Below, piece after piece: positions 1 through 28,478 of a stretch of DNA of 64,000 nt. The stretch's first letter is position 1, and every line of letters begins with the position of its first letter. The stretch comes from the human T2T-CHM13v2.0 reference genome, Homo sapiens, in assembly GCF_009914755.1 (NCBI RefSeq), contig NC_060940.1. The stretch is one strand, 5' to 3'. A model generated the notes under the pieces. It was given only the letters and a program-made list of their open reading frames with translations, ran no database searches and had not been told where the DNA came from. Position numbers and translations under genes: made by a program.

Positions 1-846
1 CTCTATCCTGGGCCTTGCTCCCTTATCTGTGCAGCTGCAGCTTGATTTTTCCCCAGGCTGCTCTATCTGTGCCTGTAGCTTTGATTTTTCAAAAGAATTT
101 TACCAAGGACTAGCCATAGCTGTCTGCCCAACTGCTTTATTCCTTTTCTCCTCCCTCAGCATCCTATAGGAGAAAGTCACCTTTGTCTCCAAATTCCCTG
201 GTCCTGGTTTTGAAAATCCTGCTGGCACCTACTGCTGAAGGCTGTGGCTGGAGAATTCAGTGAGCTACTCTGATCTGGACAGGGTCTGATGGTCCTCACT
301 TGACCTAAGCTGAGCTCTCCCAGGCTGTGAGCATCCCCAAGGTCAGCCTGTGACTCTCACAGAAGTTCTGACCTCCAGAGCCTTCCCCCTGCTGTGGCCT
401 TTGGGGTAGAGTAGGTTACATGGGCCAGCACCATCTGCCAAAGTCAGGGCCAGAAACCTATCCATGGGAGCCAGATTTGGCTTTTGGCTTGGGCTAGTAT
501 TGACTTTGGGCACATTCTCATCCCAGAAAGAATAATTTGGGGTATGGGATTTCATGTTTTCTTTAGTACAGCCTTGAAAGCCACGTGTACAGGGTGTTTT
601 CTTGCTAAGATAGCAGTCGGGCTATATTTGAGCAGTCCAGAGAAGTTTAAACTACAGAGGCATCTGGATATTGTCACAGTCTTGTCTGAGGTCAATAGCT
701 TGCAAGCGGTAGAGCTGAGAGTCATACTGGGGAGTCTGACCCTGTAATGACCCCCTGGTCACTATGCTCAGAAATAATGACACCTGGAGTTGTATTTTTC
801 AGCACAGATTGACTTTGAATAATAAATACGTAAGAATATTTCTTCA

Positions 847-849
<3 letters not shown>

Positions 850-894
<45 letters not shown>

Positions 895-900
895 TACACA
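850..900. repeat. (CA)n microsatellite
   Basis: About 20 perfect AC units followed by imperfect units. Confidence 0.95.
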
Positions 901-1344
901 ATTATGCCATTTCTCATCTTCCCTGAAGCACATGGCCCTTTGGCCTCTCTTTTATTTTCATACTTTTTTTTTTTTTTGAGATGAAGTCTGGCTCTGTCGC
1001 CCAGGTGGAGTGCAGTGGCACAGTCTCAGCTCACTGCAACCCCTCCTGGGTTCAAGCAGTTCTCCTGCCTCAGCCTCCCAGGTAGCTGGGATTACAGGCG
1101 TGTGTCACCACACCCAGCTAATTTTTGTATTTTTAGTGTAGACGGGGTTTCACCACGTTGGCCAGGCTGGTCTTGAACTTCAGGTGACTTCAGGTGATCC
1201 ACCTGCCTCGGCCTCTCAAAGTGGTAGGATTACAGCCATGAGCTACCATGCCCGGCCTGTCATACTTTTTTTCGGAAACAAAAGATTAGTTCTGTATTTC
1301 AACATTAACAATGACCACACTCTGACTCAATATTGGGGAAGTTT

Positions 1345-2241
<897 letters not shown>

Positions 2242-3325
2242 TGAATTTTTAGTAGAGACAGGGTTTCACCGTGTTAGCCAGGATGGTCTCAATCTCCTGA
2301 CCTCATGATCTGCCTGCCTTGACCTCCCAAAGTGCTGGGGTTACAGGCGTGAGCCAAGAAAACAGAACTTTTAAATGATGTTTACATGTCTAGCTTCAAA
2401 AAATGCCATGCAGGTTGTCGGTTTCCCACTTCCAGGGTAACTGGATGGAATTTCTGCCTTCATGGTGGTTCAAGCCTGAAGTGCCTTGAGACCAGAAGTA
2501 AAGAGTTCCTTCCTCCTGCAGCACTGCTAGGTTTCCTGGAGGAGACGGTCTGTAGGTGGGGTTCCTAAAGGTGGAGAGAAGAGGAAGTTACTTCCTAAAG
2601 AGAAGGAAGATAGGGGGTAACTTCAGTGTGGCTTTTGCAGAGTTGTTCATGACAGGAATCCTATCAGGCCCTGAAGTTTCCATCAGCACAGCCCCCAACC
2701 CTCACTGTCCCACACCCTTAGCTTCCTGGTTCTAGTCTCAAGGGATTCTGCTCACTTCTGTCCTCGCTTTTTTTCTCCCTGGGAACCAAGTAACAGCTGA
2801 AGAAGTCCCAGGAGTCCTCCCATGTCCTCTCAGCAACCCAGGCTGGAGCCTACTCCTTGGTGTTGGCAAAGGAAACCGTCTTTGAAGGTGAGACCTTTTT
2901 TTTTTTTTTTTTTTGAGACGGAGTCTCCCTCTGTTGCCCAGGCTGGAGTGCAGTGGCGCAATCTCAGCTCGCTGCAACCTCCCCCTCCTGAATTCAAGCA
3001 ATCCTCCTGCCTCAGCCTCCTGAGTAGCTGGGATTACAGATGTGCATCACCACGCCCGGCTAATTTTTTTTGTATTTTTAGTAGAGATGGGGTTTCACCA
3101 TGTTGGTCAGGCTGGCCTCGAGCCCCTGACCTCATGATCAGGACTTCCTAACCGCGCCCGGCCCAAAGGTGAGGCCTCTTACAGCTGTAATAAAGAGAAG
3201 AGAAGGCTGGGTGCAGTGGCTCACGCCTGTAATCCCAGCACTTCAGGAAGCCAAGATAGGCAGATGGCTTGAGGTCAGGAGTTTGAGACCAGCCTGGCCA
3301 ACATGGTGAAACCCTGTCTCTACTA

Positions 3326-3547
<222 letters not shown>

Positions 3548-4148
3548 TTATCTGCCTCAGGCTACCCTGACTTTTTCACTGTTTTTCACTTTTTTTTTTT
3601 TTTTGAGATAGTCTCACTGTGTAGCCCAGGCTGATGTGCATAACACAGCAGCCTTGAACTCCCTGGTTCAAGTAATCTCCCTACCTCAGCCTCCTGAGTA
3701 GCTGAGACTACAGGCATGCACTACCTCTCCCAGCTCGCTACTTTTCAGAAAGGGTAGACAAACTACAGTAGCTGCCTGGACACCATACTTGGAGGAGAAG
3801 GGGAGGGGGAGGCTGCACCGGATTCTGTCTTCTGAACTATGTTATCTTCCAGTTTCAACATCATAAATAGCACAGCAATCTTATATGATGGGCCTCCTGA
3901 TGTGATGCAAAAATCACCAAAGTAGTATTCTTGACAAAAGTATTTACCATGAATCCAATCTTGAAGGAGCAATCAGGTAAATCCAGAATATACTAGAAAA
4001 GTGGCCTGGCCTAAACTCCTAAAAAGAAAATCAATGACATGAAAAACAAACAGGCTGAGTGTGGGGCAGAGGATACTCTTCTATATTAAAAGACACTAGA
4101 GAGACATAACCAAATCCAATTCATGAACCTTGCTTCACTCCTGGACTA

Positions 4149-4506
<358 letters not shown>

Positions 4507-4544
4507 TTACTGTTGGTGTGGTGATGGTGTTTTCATTGTGTAGA

Positions 4545-5489
<945 letters not shown>

Positions 5490-5574
5490 TTACTGCAAGT
5501 CAATGAGAACGTTGGTGGACTTCTCTCCACTTCACAGAAGAATGAATGGAGGCCCAGAACAATGGCATGAACCT

Positions 5575-5609
5575 GTCGTTTCTTGGCCTTTTGGCTAAGA
5601 TCAAGTGCA
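5575..5609 (+). pseudogene. 3'-truncated U2 snRNA retro-pseudogene fragment
   Basis: TCGTTTCTTGGCCTTTTGGCTAAGATCAAGTG matches the U2 5' end (ATCGCTTCTCGGCCTTTTGGCTAAGATCAAGTG) and is flanked by the direct repeat CAATGGCATGAACCTG (5560-5575, 5608-5623). Confidence 0.9.
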
Positions 5610-5656
5610 ATGGCATGAACCTGACCATAGTCGTAGACAAACAAGAGGCAGAGACA

Positions 5657-6970
<1,314 letters not shown>

Positions 6971-6984
6971 GTGTCTAAGCATAC

Positions 6985-7500
<516 letters not shown>

Positions 7501-8786
7501 CCCACCATTTCTAACTCCAAAGCCCAAGGTCTTTCTGGTACTAGATGATGGCTGAGGCCTGCAGCCAATTAGTGGGAAGGGCTGCTGGGGATGTTAGAGG
7601 CAGAGGAATAAGCGGCCTGACACTCAGCTCCGGGGACACCAAATAGGTGCTGGCCCTTGTAACCCAGTGAGGAGGCAGCGCTCATTCCTTTATCTTAAAA
7701 TATGTCCTGAGCACTTACTGCATGCCAGAGCCTGGTGCAAATGCTTAGGGCTTACTAGGAACCTGGGGGTGGAGGGAGCAGGGTTGATGTGAAGGCTGGG
7801 TATTGAACACAAAGAATTTGGGTCTTTTGGGGCTCCTGTGGTCTGGTCCACTCCTTGGAGATACCCACCAGGAGATGACTCAGCCTTCCTAGTCCAGGAA
7901 GGCCCCCGCCTCTTTTTCTGTGAGCCCAGCCATCACCTTATTGCCTTCAGCATGTCCTGAATGGATTTTGTCACTGTTACTGGGGCCTGCAAAGCACACA
8001 GCCCTCGTGGTCCAGCTAAGACCACCTGGCCACAGGCCGGCCCACAGCCGTACTTGCAGGGTGAACCAAAGTCAAGGAAGGGTCCAGAGAAGCTGGGTCT
8101 GAATGCCACCCACCACTTCCCCATGTCAGGAGATGACACTTATGTGGACACCCCAGGGATTCCTATGATTCCTCCAACCCATCACCTTTTCTAGAGCACC
8201 CCTCACTCCTCTCTCCAGAGTCTCCCACCTTTCCAGCACTGGCTTCCCAAGTTCCACTCTCTGCAGCCTCCATCTGTGGCCTGGACCCCAGGATCCAACC
8301 CCCTAAACTCCTTCTAGGCAACCATCTTGGGCAACTTCACCCAATGACAACCTATGCTCCTCCTGTTATTGACAGCCCTGAAAAAATGGAGTTCAAGGTC
8401 ATAGGCCCCATTGGACCTGATATCTTCACCAGGCTCCTGAGAACCCAACTGAGCAGCCCTGTCCTCAGATTCCAGCTCGGACATAACATTGGGGGTCAGA
8501 AAACTGACTCCCAAGGTACAAACTGGAACAGCCAGGGTGAGTGCCAGCACACAGGATGGCTTCCTCATCATAGGCCAGAGTCTGGCCCTGGGTTAGCAAG
8601 TTCAGGGCAGCCTACAAGAGGAATGAGCTGGAAAGAGCTGTGGCCAACCCAGGGAGGCCCCAAATACACCAAGTCCCAGGTCCTCCTGCTCTTGTCACCT
8701 TTCTACAGTGGTAAGACAAGACACATTGTCTGAACAGTCCCAGTTCAGAACTTCTGTCGTGGAGCCTGTAGTGCTGCAAAGGTTGA

Positions 8787-9099
<313 letters not shown>

Positions 9100-9209
9100 T
9101 AGCCAGGATGGTCTCAATCTCCTGACCTTATGATCTGCCTGCCTCGGCCTCCCAAAGTGCTGGGATTACAGGTGTGAGCCACTGCACCTGGCCTTTTTTT
9201 TTTTTTTGA

Positions 9210-9314
<105 letters not shown>

Positions 9315-10417
9315 TGAGTAGCTGGGATTACAGGAGCACACCACCATGTCCAGCTAATTTTGTATTTTTAGTAGAGATGGGGTTTCACCATGTTGGTCAG
9401 GCTGGTCTCAAACTCCTGACCTCAGGTGATCCACCTGCTTCGGCCTCCCAAAGTGCTGGGATTACATTTTTTTTTTTTTTTGTCATGTGTCTGTTGCCAA
9501 GGGAATAAGGTTGGGGGGAGGATCAGGCAAGGGCGTGATTTATATACATATATATGTGTATATATATATATTTTTTAATTTTTTAATTTAAGGACAGGAT
9601 CTTGCTATGTTGCCCAGGCTCTTGAACTCCTGGGCTCAAGCAATCCTCTTGCTTCAGCCTTTCAAAGTGCTGGGATTACAGGCATGAGCCACTGCACCTG
9701 GCCAAGCTCAGTTCTTTCTGGGGGTGGGCTTGGGAAGCCTTCCTCAGCAGTGATCCAAAGGCCTAGGACAGAGGAGAGGGGGTGCAGACAAGAAGGAACA
9801 AGGCCTCAGCCTCCCATTCTTGGCAAATCTAAACCTGGCAACCAAGATGATGATATTCTCATTTCACAGAAAAGTCTACTTTTCTCAGCTGGGGAGCAAG
9901 TGTCAGGAGCACTGGGGCCAGACTCCCTCCCCAACCTGGCCCTGCTCATTTTCCCCCGTTGCCTGAGGACCCTGGGGATGGAGGAAGAGCATCAGACCAG
10001 GGGCAGGGTCTATTCTGGGCCAGCACGTGGAGCGGAGGCAGAGCTGGCCTCAGGCCCTTGCCTGATCCTCCCTCCCCTTATTCCCTTGGCAGCAGACACA
10101 TGACATAGAAATCACTGGTTCCACCAAATACTGCACAGCCCAGATGCTGCTGGCCTGATCAGGGCCAAGCTGAGTCACCACTTTAGGATACGATTCTTGC
10201 TTTTTGGACTATGAATGCACCCTCATCACCCCATGCTCAACCCCCAACTGAAGACTGAGGTTACAGCAGATCCGTGGATATCACAGGGTGATGAGGCACT
10301 AGGCCACCTGCTGCCTATTCCCTGGCACTTCATTCTTCTGATAATGGAGTATGAGAGAGAATGGGACATGAGGTGGACCCCGATCAGGCATGTCATAGAC
10401 AGGAGGGACACATACTA

Positions 10418-10630
<213 letters not shown>

Positions 10631-10748
10631 TTATAAAAATATATATATATATTAAAAAATTAGCCGGGGCCAGCCACAGTGGCTCACTCCTGTAATCACA
10701 GCACTTTGGGAGGCCAAGGCGAGTGGATCACCTGTGGTCAGGAGTTCA

Positions 10749-11344
<596 letters not shown>

Positions 11345-11712
11345 TCATGTGCTCTGCAGTCCTCATGATGATAACAAGAGTCCATCCAGTCCATGCTTCG
11401 ATGCTGGCATGACTAAAGGAACAGGGATGTTATCGAATGGGAGGGCCACGTGGTGCCCTCGTGGGCTTCCCCAAGCAGCTGACCAGACCTGGAAGCACCT
11501 TTGTCTAAGGCCCTACGAGCAGCCTAGTTAATCCTTTTCCATTCCCCCATCCCACTCACTTGTATCCCACTCTGCCTTTGCCATACTGAATCCCATCCTT
11601 GGAAAGTCAGGAAAGCCCTAAGATCTCTAGGCTCCAGCATAAGGCAGGTCCCCAGTATAATGACTGACTCTTGTCCCTTTTCTTCTTCTTCTTCTTCTTT
11701 TTTTTTTTTTGA

Positions 11713-11817
<105 letters not shown>

Positions 11818-12462
11818 TGAGTAGCTGGGATTACAGGCGCCCGCCACCACGCCCATTTTTGTATTTTTAATAGAGACGGGGTTTCACCATGTGGGTCAGG
11901 CTGGAATGCAACTCCTGACCTCAGGTGATCCGCCTACCTCGGCCTCCCAAAGTGTGGGATTACAGGTGTAAGCCACCACGTCCAGCCTACTTTCTTCTTT
12001 TCACATGATAGGTATGAACTGGTAATGGAATAAAATAGGCCGGGCGCAGTGGCTCACATCTGTAATCCCAGCACTTTGGGAGGCTGAGGTGGGTGAATCA
12101 CCTGAGGTCAGAAGTTCAAGACCAGCCTAGCCAACATAGCAAAACCAAGTCTCTACTAAAAATACAAAAATTAGCCAAACATGGTGGCACGTGCCTGTAA
12201 TCCCAGGTATTCAGAGACTGAGGCACAAAAATCGCTTGAACCCAGGAGGCAGAGGCTGCAGTGAGCCAAGATTGCACCACTGCACTCCAGCCTGGGGGAC
12301 AGAGTAAGACTCTGTCTCAAAAATAAAGCAAAATAAAATAAAATAAAATAAATCGTCATTGTATGATGATACATTTGGTACTCCAAACTATCAAGTTGTG
12401 GCCAGGTGCAGTGACTCATGCCTGTAATCCCAGCATTTTGGGAGACCAGGGTGGGTGGATCA

Positions 12463-13081
<619 letters not shown>

Positions 13082-13084
13082 TGA

Positions 13085-14570
<1,486 letters not shown>

Positions 14571-15287
14571 CTAGTCGTCACGACTCTAGGCCCAGCAACT
14601 TGCTGAAGACTCTGCAGTGCTGGGGACCCAGGCATTTTTGTGAGGCTGTCCACACCCTATCTGCCTGTGAGGACTGGGCAGTCCATCTGGGGGTCTGGCT
14701 GCCTCTCCTGCGTGCTGCTGGGAGGCTAGGCCTGACTGTCATTGCTCTACGGCCACATCCCCAGCCACGCTCTTCTTTTTCTTCTTTCAGCCAGAGGGAG
14801 CCCTGAATTCATGCAGAGGAGTTTTTCTACCTTCCATCTGCTTCTGCATATCATCTTGTCTACTTAATGCCCCTCCTTCCGGATTTATAGAACAGTATGC
14901 ATAATATGACCCCAACTGCATTCCAAAAAATAGATGTAGATGTAAGCTTAGAGATGCAAAGAAACTTTTTGAGAGAATTCACTATGCTTCTCGCGGGTGG
15001 TGACACAGTTCAAGGAGGTTCCATGGGGTGTAATGTTTATCTTTCTCTTTTGTCCTTCTGATCATTGAAATGATGCTTTGTGTGTGTGAACATGTATTAC
15101 TTTTATAATTAAAATAGAAAAATTAATTTGAATGGGACAAATGCTCGAAGTCAAAGTCACCTGTTATAACTGCTGTCACTAACAGGGCAACTGTTTGAAA
15201 ATGCTGCAGAAACATGAGAAATGTTCATGAAGTGACCCTGTGGAGGCTTCCGGTCACAGGATCATGTGAGCGCCACGATCACCCCAG

Positions 15288-15745
<458 letters not shown>

Positions 15746-15747
15746 TC

Positions 15748-17750
<2,003 letters not shown>

Positions 17751-17761
17751 GTGACAGCTAG

Positions 17762-17963
<202 letters not shown>

Positions 17964-18948
17964 TAGCTGGGATTACAGATGTGCACCACCACATCTAACT
18001 AATTTTTGTATTTTTAGTAGAGACGGGGTTTCACCATGTTGGCCAGGCTGGTCTCGAACTCCTGACCTCAAGTAATCCTCCCACCTTGGCCTCCCAAAGT
18101 GCTGGGATTACAGGCGTGAGCACGGCACCCGGTCCCTTTCACTTTACACTTTCCATTACTGTCATTTTGCTCTACTTCCTGGAGATTTCTTCAACTCTAT
18201 TTCCAACCCTTATATTGAGTTTCTCACTTCTGCTATCATATGTTTCGTTTTTCAAGGCTTTAACATTGCTCTCTGGAATTTTTTTCCCCCTTTTATTCCT
18301 GAGGCATGCTGTTCTTGCTTTATGGATGTAATGTCTTCTCTAATATCTCTGAGAATATTAATGCAGAATGTACATTTCCTCTGATTTGTTATTGTTGTTT
18401 TCATCTCTGCTTACCGTGTTACCTTTATTTCTCTAATATCTGCTGATTATTGGTTTTCTCCTTATATAGAAGAGTCAGGCCCTAGAAAACTGATTGGCAG
18501 TAGTAGGCATTGAGTGGGGCTTGTGCACAGTTTCAGTGTCATAGTGAGTGGTCATTTCCTTTAGAACCTCCTTCTCCACTCTGCTCAATGTCAATGTCAA
18601 TGTGTTTATTATTTTCTCTTGAGGTGTCTGCCAATCTCCTGCCTGCAGGTATACTCTGGCTGCTGGCATTCTAGATCCTTCCTAGAGAAGAAGAGCAGTG
18701 CCTACATATTCAGTATATAAACTTCTCTGTAATCATTCTGCTTTTCGGATGATAATCTGACTCCTAACTGCCTGGTGCTCCCCAGTCTAGAGACACTCTA
18801 TTATCTATCATCTGCTGGTGTGGGAGAAGGGCAGCACCATCCGGGTTGAGTTGAGGAAGGGATCTAGGGTTCAGCCACTTCTTTCTTTAAAGTAATTTTT
18901 TTAAATTGTGATTTTAAAAAACAAAACTTACCATTTAACCATTTTTAA

Positions 18949-19327
<379 letters not shown>

Positions 19328-19518
19328 TAAGACAGGATCTCTAATGCCAGGTGTGGTGGCTTGTGCCTGTAATCCCAGCAGTTTAGGAGGCTGAGTCGGG
19401 CGGATTAAGAGGTCAGGAGTTCGAGACCAGCCTGGCCAACAAGGTGAAACCCCGTCTCTATTAAAAATACAAAAATTAGCCGGGTGTGGTGGCAGGCGCC
19501 TGTAATCCTGGCTACTCA

Positions 19519-19656
<138 letters not shown>

Positions 19657-20296
19657 TCACACCTGTAATCCCAGCACTTTGGGAGGCCAAGGCAAGAGGG
19701 TTGCTTGAGAGACCAGCCTGAGACCCTTGTCTCTACAGAAAAATTTAAAAATTAGCCTGGCATGGTGGCTCACACCTGTAGTCCCAGCTACTCGGGAGGC
19801 TGAGGTGGAAGGATTACCTGAACCCAGGCGACTGAGTCTGCAGTGAGCCATGATCGCACTACTACACTCTAGCCTGGGTGACAGAGTGAGATCCTGTCTC
19901 AAAAAAAATTAAAAACAAAACCAACATTCTTAGCTCACAAGCTGCACAAACACTAGCAGTGGGCTAGATTTGGCCATGAGCCAACCCCTCTACCCTAGAC
20001 TATTGGCAAAGATCAAGAAGTATGATAGCAGAGGAAAAACAGACACTTGAACTCCTCTTGGTGGGATGTCACTGGCACAACAAGGAGTGGGAGTAGACAG
20101 TGGTTGGCATGGCTCAATGCAGTGGGAACGGTGCCCCCTCCCTCACCAAGTCCAGAACAGTGGCAAGACCTCAGTGGGGAGCAAGTACAGAGTGCACCCA
20201 GTGAGGCTGAACCCTAAGAATTAGGCACCAGTCAGCTCGGCGTGGTGGCTCACTTCTGTAATCCCAGCACTTTGGGAGGCTGAGGCGAGCAGATCA

Positions 20297-20593
<297 letters not shown>

Positions 20594-21042
20594 TCAGGAG
20601 ATTGAGACCATCCTGGCTGACACGGTGAAACCTTGTCTCTACTAAAAATACAAAAAATTAGCCAGGCGTGTTGGGGGGCGCCTGTAGTCCCAGCTACTCA
20701 GGAGGCTGAGGTAGGAGAATGGTGTAAGTAAACCCGGGAGGCGGAGCTTGCAGTGAGCCTAGATGGCACCACTGCACTCCAGCCTGGGCGACAGAGTGAG
20801 ACTCTGTCTCAAAAAAATAAAAATAAAAATAAAAATAAATAAATAAATAAATAAGAAAAAGAATTAGGCACCAGTCTTGACTAATGTCCTTGAGTCCTAT
20901 CTCAGCTGCCCCTTCTAGGGCCTTGTGAGTGTGGGCAGTGACAGACCCTCAGTGGTGGGCCAAAAGGGACACAAAGCCAAAGCTCTGCTCCAAGCAAGAC
21001 CTGGGTCATTTCTCAGCCAGAGGAGGGGAGGGGACCCCAACG

Positions 21043-21356
21043 GGGTCATGCACAGCATAACGACGATTTGGTCAACAGTGGACTGCATATATGACAGTGG
21101 TCGCATAAGATCATAATACTGTATTTTTACTGAACCTTCTCTATGTTTAGATATGTTTACATGAACAGATATTAGCTGTTGTGGTACAACTGCCTACAGT
21201 ATTCAGCACAGTAACATGCTGTGCAGGTTTGTAGCCTAGGCGTGTAGTAGGCTATACCATCTGGGGTTGTGTAAGTACAGTCTGTGATGTTCACACAATG
21301 ATAAAATAGGACTTACTTCTCAGAACATATTACCATTGTTAAGTGCTGCATGACTG
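21043..21356 (+). mobile_element. Tigger3a/MER7-type Tc1-mariner MITE
   Basis: Inverted termini GTCATGC...GCATGACTG followed by TA; body matches recalled Tigger3a. Confidence 0.8.
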
Positions 21357-21443
21357 TAATTACTTGGCAGAAGGGAATTCAGATTCAGATTGATGTTTCT
21401 TGCACAAAGGTGGTATTTGGAAGAGAAATTTTTTTTTTTTTGA

Positions 21444-21941
<498 letters not shown>

Positions 21942-22019
21942 TAGCCAGGATGGTCTCGATCTCCTGACCTCATGATCTGCCCGCCTTGGCCTCCCAAAGT
22001 GCTGGGATTACAGGCGTGA

Positions 22020-22178
<159 letters not shown>

Positions 22179-22181
22179 TGA

Positions 22182-22676
<495 letters not shown>

Positions 22677-23566
22677 TGATTTTTGTATTTTTAGCAGAGA
22701 CAGGTTTTTGCCATGTTGGCCAGGCTGGTCTTGAACTCCTGGCCTCCAGCGATCCACCTGCCTTGGCCTCCCAAAGTGCTGGGACTACAGGCATGAGTAA
22801 CTGTGCCTGGTCCTGGGGCAAAAATTTATACCCACATTGCAAGGTTTTTTTTTAAAAAACAATTGTAGTTATGCAGACTTTCTGAACTAATCTGGAGGGG
22901 GTCCACCTGCCCAGAGCTCTCCATCTCACTCTCAGGCGATGGGGGAGGCAAAGTTAGAACCCTGCTGTGAGGGCGACGGTGTACGCAGCCCTGGGGTAGT
23001 AAGCTCTCTGGTGAAGCCTCAGTGATGGGATAGGAAGGTGGCTTTTGTGAATGTATCTTTGAAGTCATTCTGTCATCATTTTGACAAGTAAAAAGAGGCA
23101 AGATGTTTTGCCAGAGGTGCAGGAACCTGAAGCTGGCCTGCTGTTGAACCTCTGTGCAGGAGGGAGTCAGGCAGATGACAGGAATGACAGGACAGGCTGG
23201 TGGCCAGCCGTGAACCCCAGGGAGGAGAAGGAAGGGAGATCAGGTGAGGCTGAGGCTCTCTATGTTGCCCAGGCTAGTCTCGAACTCCGGGGCTCAAGCA
23301 ATCCTTCCACCTCAGCATCCCTAAATGCTGGGATTACAGGCATGAGTCCCCACACCCGGCCTATCACCTTTAAAATTATTTTATGTTATGTTATTATGTT
23401 GTTATGTTGCCCAGCCTGGGAAACATAGGAAGATCCCATCTCTACAGAATATTTAAAAATTAACCAGGAGTGGGCCAGGCGCGGTGGCTCACGCCTGTAA
23501 TCCCAGCACTTTAGGAGGCTGAGGCGGGCGGATCACAAGGTCAGGAGATCGAGACCATCCTGGCTA

Positions 23567-23960
<394 letters not shown>

Positions 23961-23964
23961 TTAA

Positions 23965-24340
<376 letters not shown>

Positions 24341-24934
24341 TCATGAGGTCAGGAGTTCAAGACCAGCCCGACCAACATGGTGAAATACTGTCTCTACTAA
24401 AAATACAAAAATTAGCTGGGTATTGTGGCACACGCTTGTAATCTCAGCTACTCAGGAGGAGTAGCCTCATTTGAACCCAAGAGGCGGAGCTTGCAGTGAG
24501 CCGAGATTGTGCCACTGCACTCCAGCCTGGGTGACAGAGCAAGACTCCGGCTCAAAAAAAAAAAAAAGAGAGTGAAAAGACAAGACAATCCACAGGATGG
24601 GAAAAAATATTTGCAAATCAAACAACTCAGTGCAAAAGTGGGTAAAGAGCCAAGTGTGGTAGTACACACCTGTAGTCCTAGCTACTTGGGAGGCTGAGGT
24701 GGGAGGATTGCTTGAGCCCAGGAGTTTGAGACCAGCCTGGGCAATATAGCAAGACCCCATTTCTACAAAAAAAAACTGTGTAAAATAAATATTTATCCAA
24801 ATAATATACTCAAATGGGCTGGGCACTGTGGCTCACACCTGTAATCCCAGCACTTTGCAGGGGCTGAAGCAGGTGGAGCTCTTGAGCCTCAGAATGGGAG
24901 ATGAGCCTAGGCAACATAGCGAGACCATGTCTTA

Positions 24935-25057
<123 letters not shown>

Positions 25058-25435
25058 TCACTGCACTGCAGCCTGAGTGACAGAGCAAGACCCTGTCTCA
25101 AAAAAAAAAATCATTAAAATTAAAAAATAAAATTAGCCAGGTATGGTGGCACGAGCCTGTGGTCCTAGCTACTTGGAAGGCTGAGGCGGGAGGATCGCTT
25201 GAGCTCAGGAGTTGGAGGTTACAGTGAACTGTGATTGCACCATTGCACACCAGACCAAGACGCTGACTCAAAAAAAAAATTGTTTTTAATTGAAAGACAG
25301 TAAATGCACGCCCCCTTGTGGGTGCATGTTTACGCTTGCTCTCCTTTTGGGACTTCCTGGGAACTTCTCACTTGGTCTTCTCAGTTCACGGGGGTTATAG
25401 CCCTACAGCTCTGTTCTTGCTCCGATCTATTGATT

Positions 25436-26753
<1,318 letters not shown>

Positions 26754-28220
26754 AGCATAAACACTGACTATGTTCAGGCTATGGACTCTATAATTTTCAT
26801 TTGAGCTTTTAGATTATTACAAATTAGGAATTGTACTTGTGTGTATGTGTGATTTCTGGGTAGCTAGAAAGGGTGAGAAGGGTTGGCATTTTGAAAGTAC
26901 ATTAGAAATAAACCTATGGCTTTCTAGATTTCCAGTGAGAGCCAGTTGTTGTCATTATGTGGAAACTTAGCAAGGAAACACAGGTGATTTTGTAAGGTTT
27001 GGAGGTTGGGGGCCTTGGAAGCTCTACAAAGGCCCTGGGGTGAGCCCCTAGGAGTACAGGGCCGTGGTGTAATGAGGGCTACCTAAATTAAAGGAAAAAC
27101 TAACAACTCCATTGCCTCTTACAATTCAACAAATCTGGAGTTTTAGATAAGTAAATTCAGAGACAAGAGGGGGCAGGCGGAGTGAAAAATGATGTCACCT
27201 GCCACTCTCAGATTTCCTGCAAGAAATTCCAGTGGAGAAGTGAATCCTGGATCAGTAAATGAGTCACTGGCTTTCTAAGCCAAGAAAGATGAAAAGCAGA
27301 TTCCAGGAACTAAGGAAGGATGAATCTTGGGGAAAGTGTTTAGTTTTAGTGTGAAACTGTCAAGCCGCTTGCTCCGGTGGAAACTCAGGGAGAAAAACAA
27401 CAGTGAGAAAGACTAGCGAAATAGCAAGGAACCAGACGGCTTGCCTGAGAGAGTCTGTGCCTCCGGGCAATTTATTAATAGAAGACTGAGATGCACCTAC
27501 TCAGCAAAAAAAAAAAAAAAAACAACCAAAAAACAAAAAACTGGGCAGCTCCAGAGAGGAAGACAATATCCCAGTGCCCAAGGCCCCCTGCCATTCATAA
27601 TCCAACAGAGAGTCATTGAGCATCCATCCAGTTCCTATGGAAGGCAGTGCACATGGATTGGTGAATGAGGCACCACCATCCCTGGCCCCACAGAGCTCAC
27701 AGCCATTGAGCAAGTCATTGCACTTGTGTTAAGTGAGAAGGAGGAAGGTTTGGGATGGGGGTCCTGGAAGGCTTCTCCAACACCTACGGGAGGATCGTTC
27801 AGATATAAAGTTCAAGCTGAGGCTGGGCACGGTGGCTTATATCTGTAATCCCAACACTCTGGGAGGTTGAGGCGGGAGGATTGCTTGAGCGCAGTAGTTC
27901 AAGACTAGCCTGGGCAAAATAGTGAGACCTTGTCTTTACAAAAAAATTTAAAAAAAGAAATTAGCTGGGCATGCTGGCACACACTTATAGTCCTAGCTAC
28001 TCAGGAAGCTGAGGCAAGATCACGTGAACCCAGGAGTTAAAAGTTGCAGTGAGCCATGATCATGACACTGCACTCCAGCCTGGGTGAAAGAGTGAGACCT
28101 TTACTCAAATAATAAGGCCGGGCACAGTGGCTCATGGCTGTAATCTCAACACTTTGGGAGGCCAAGGCGGGTGGATTGCTTAAGCTCAGGAGTTCAAGAT
28201 CAGCCTGGGCAACATGGTGA

Positions 28221-28478
<258 letters not shown>

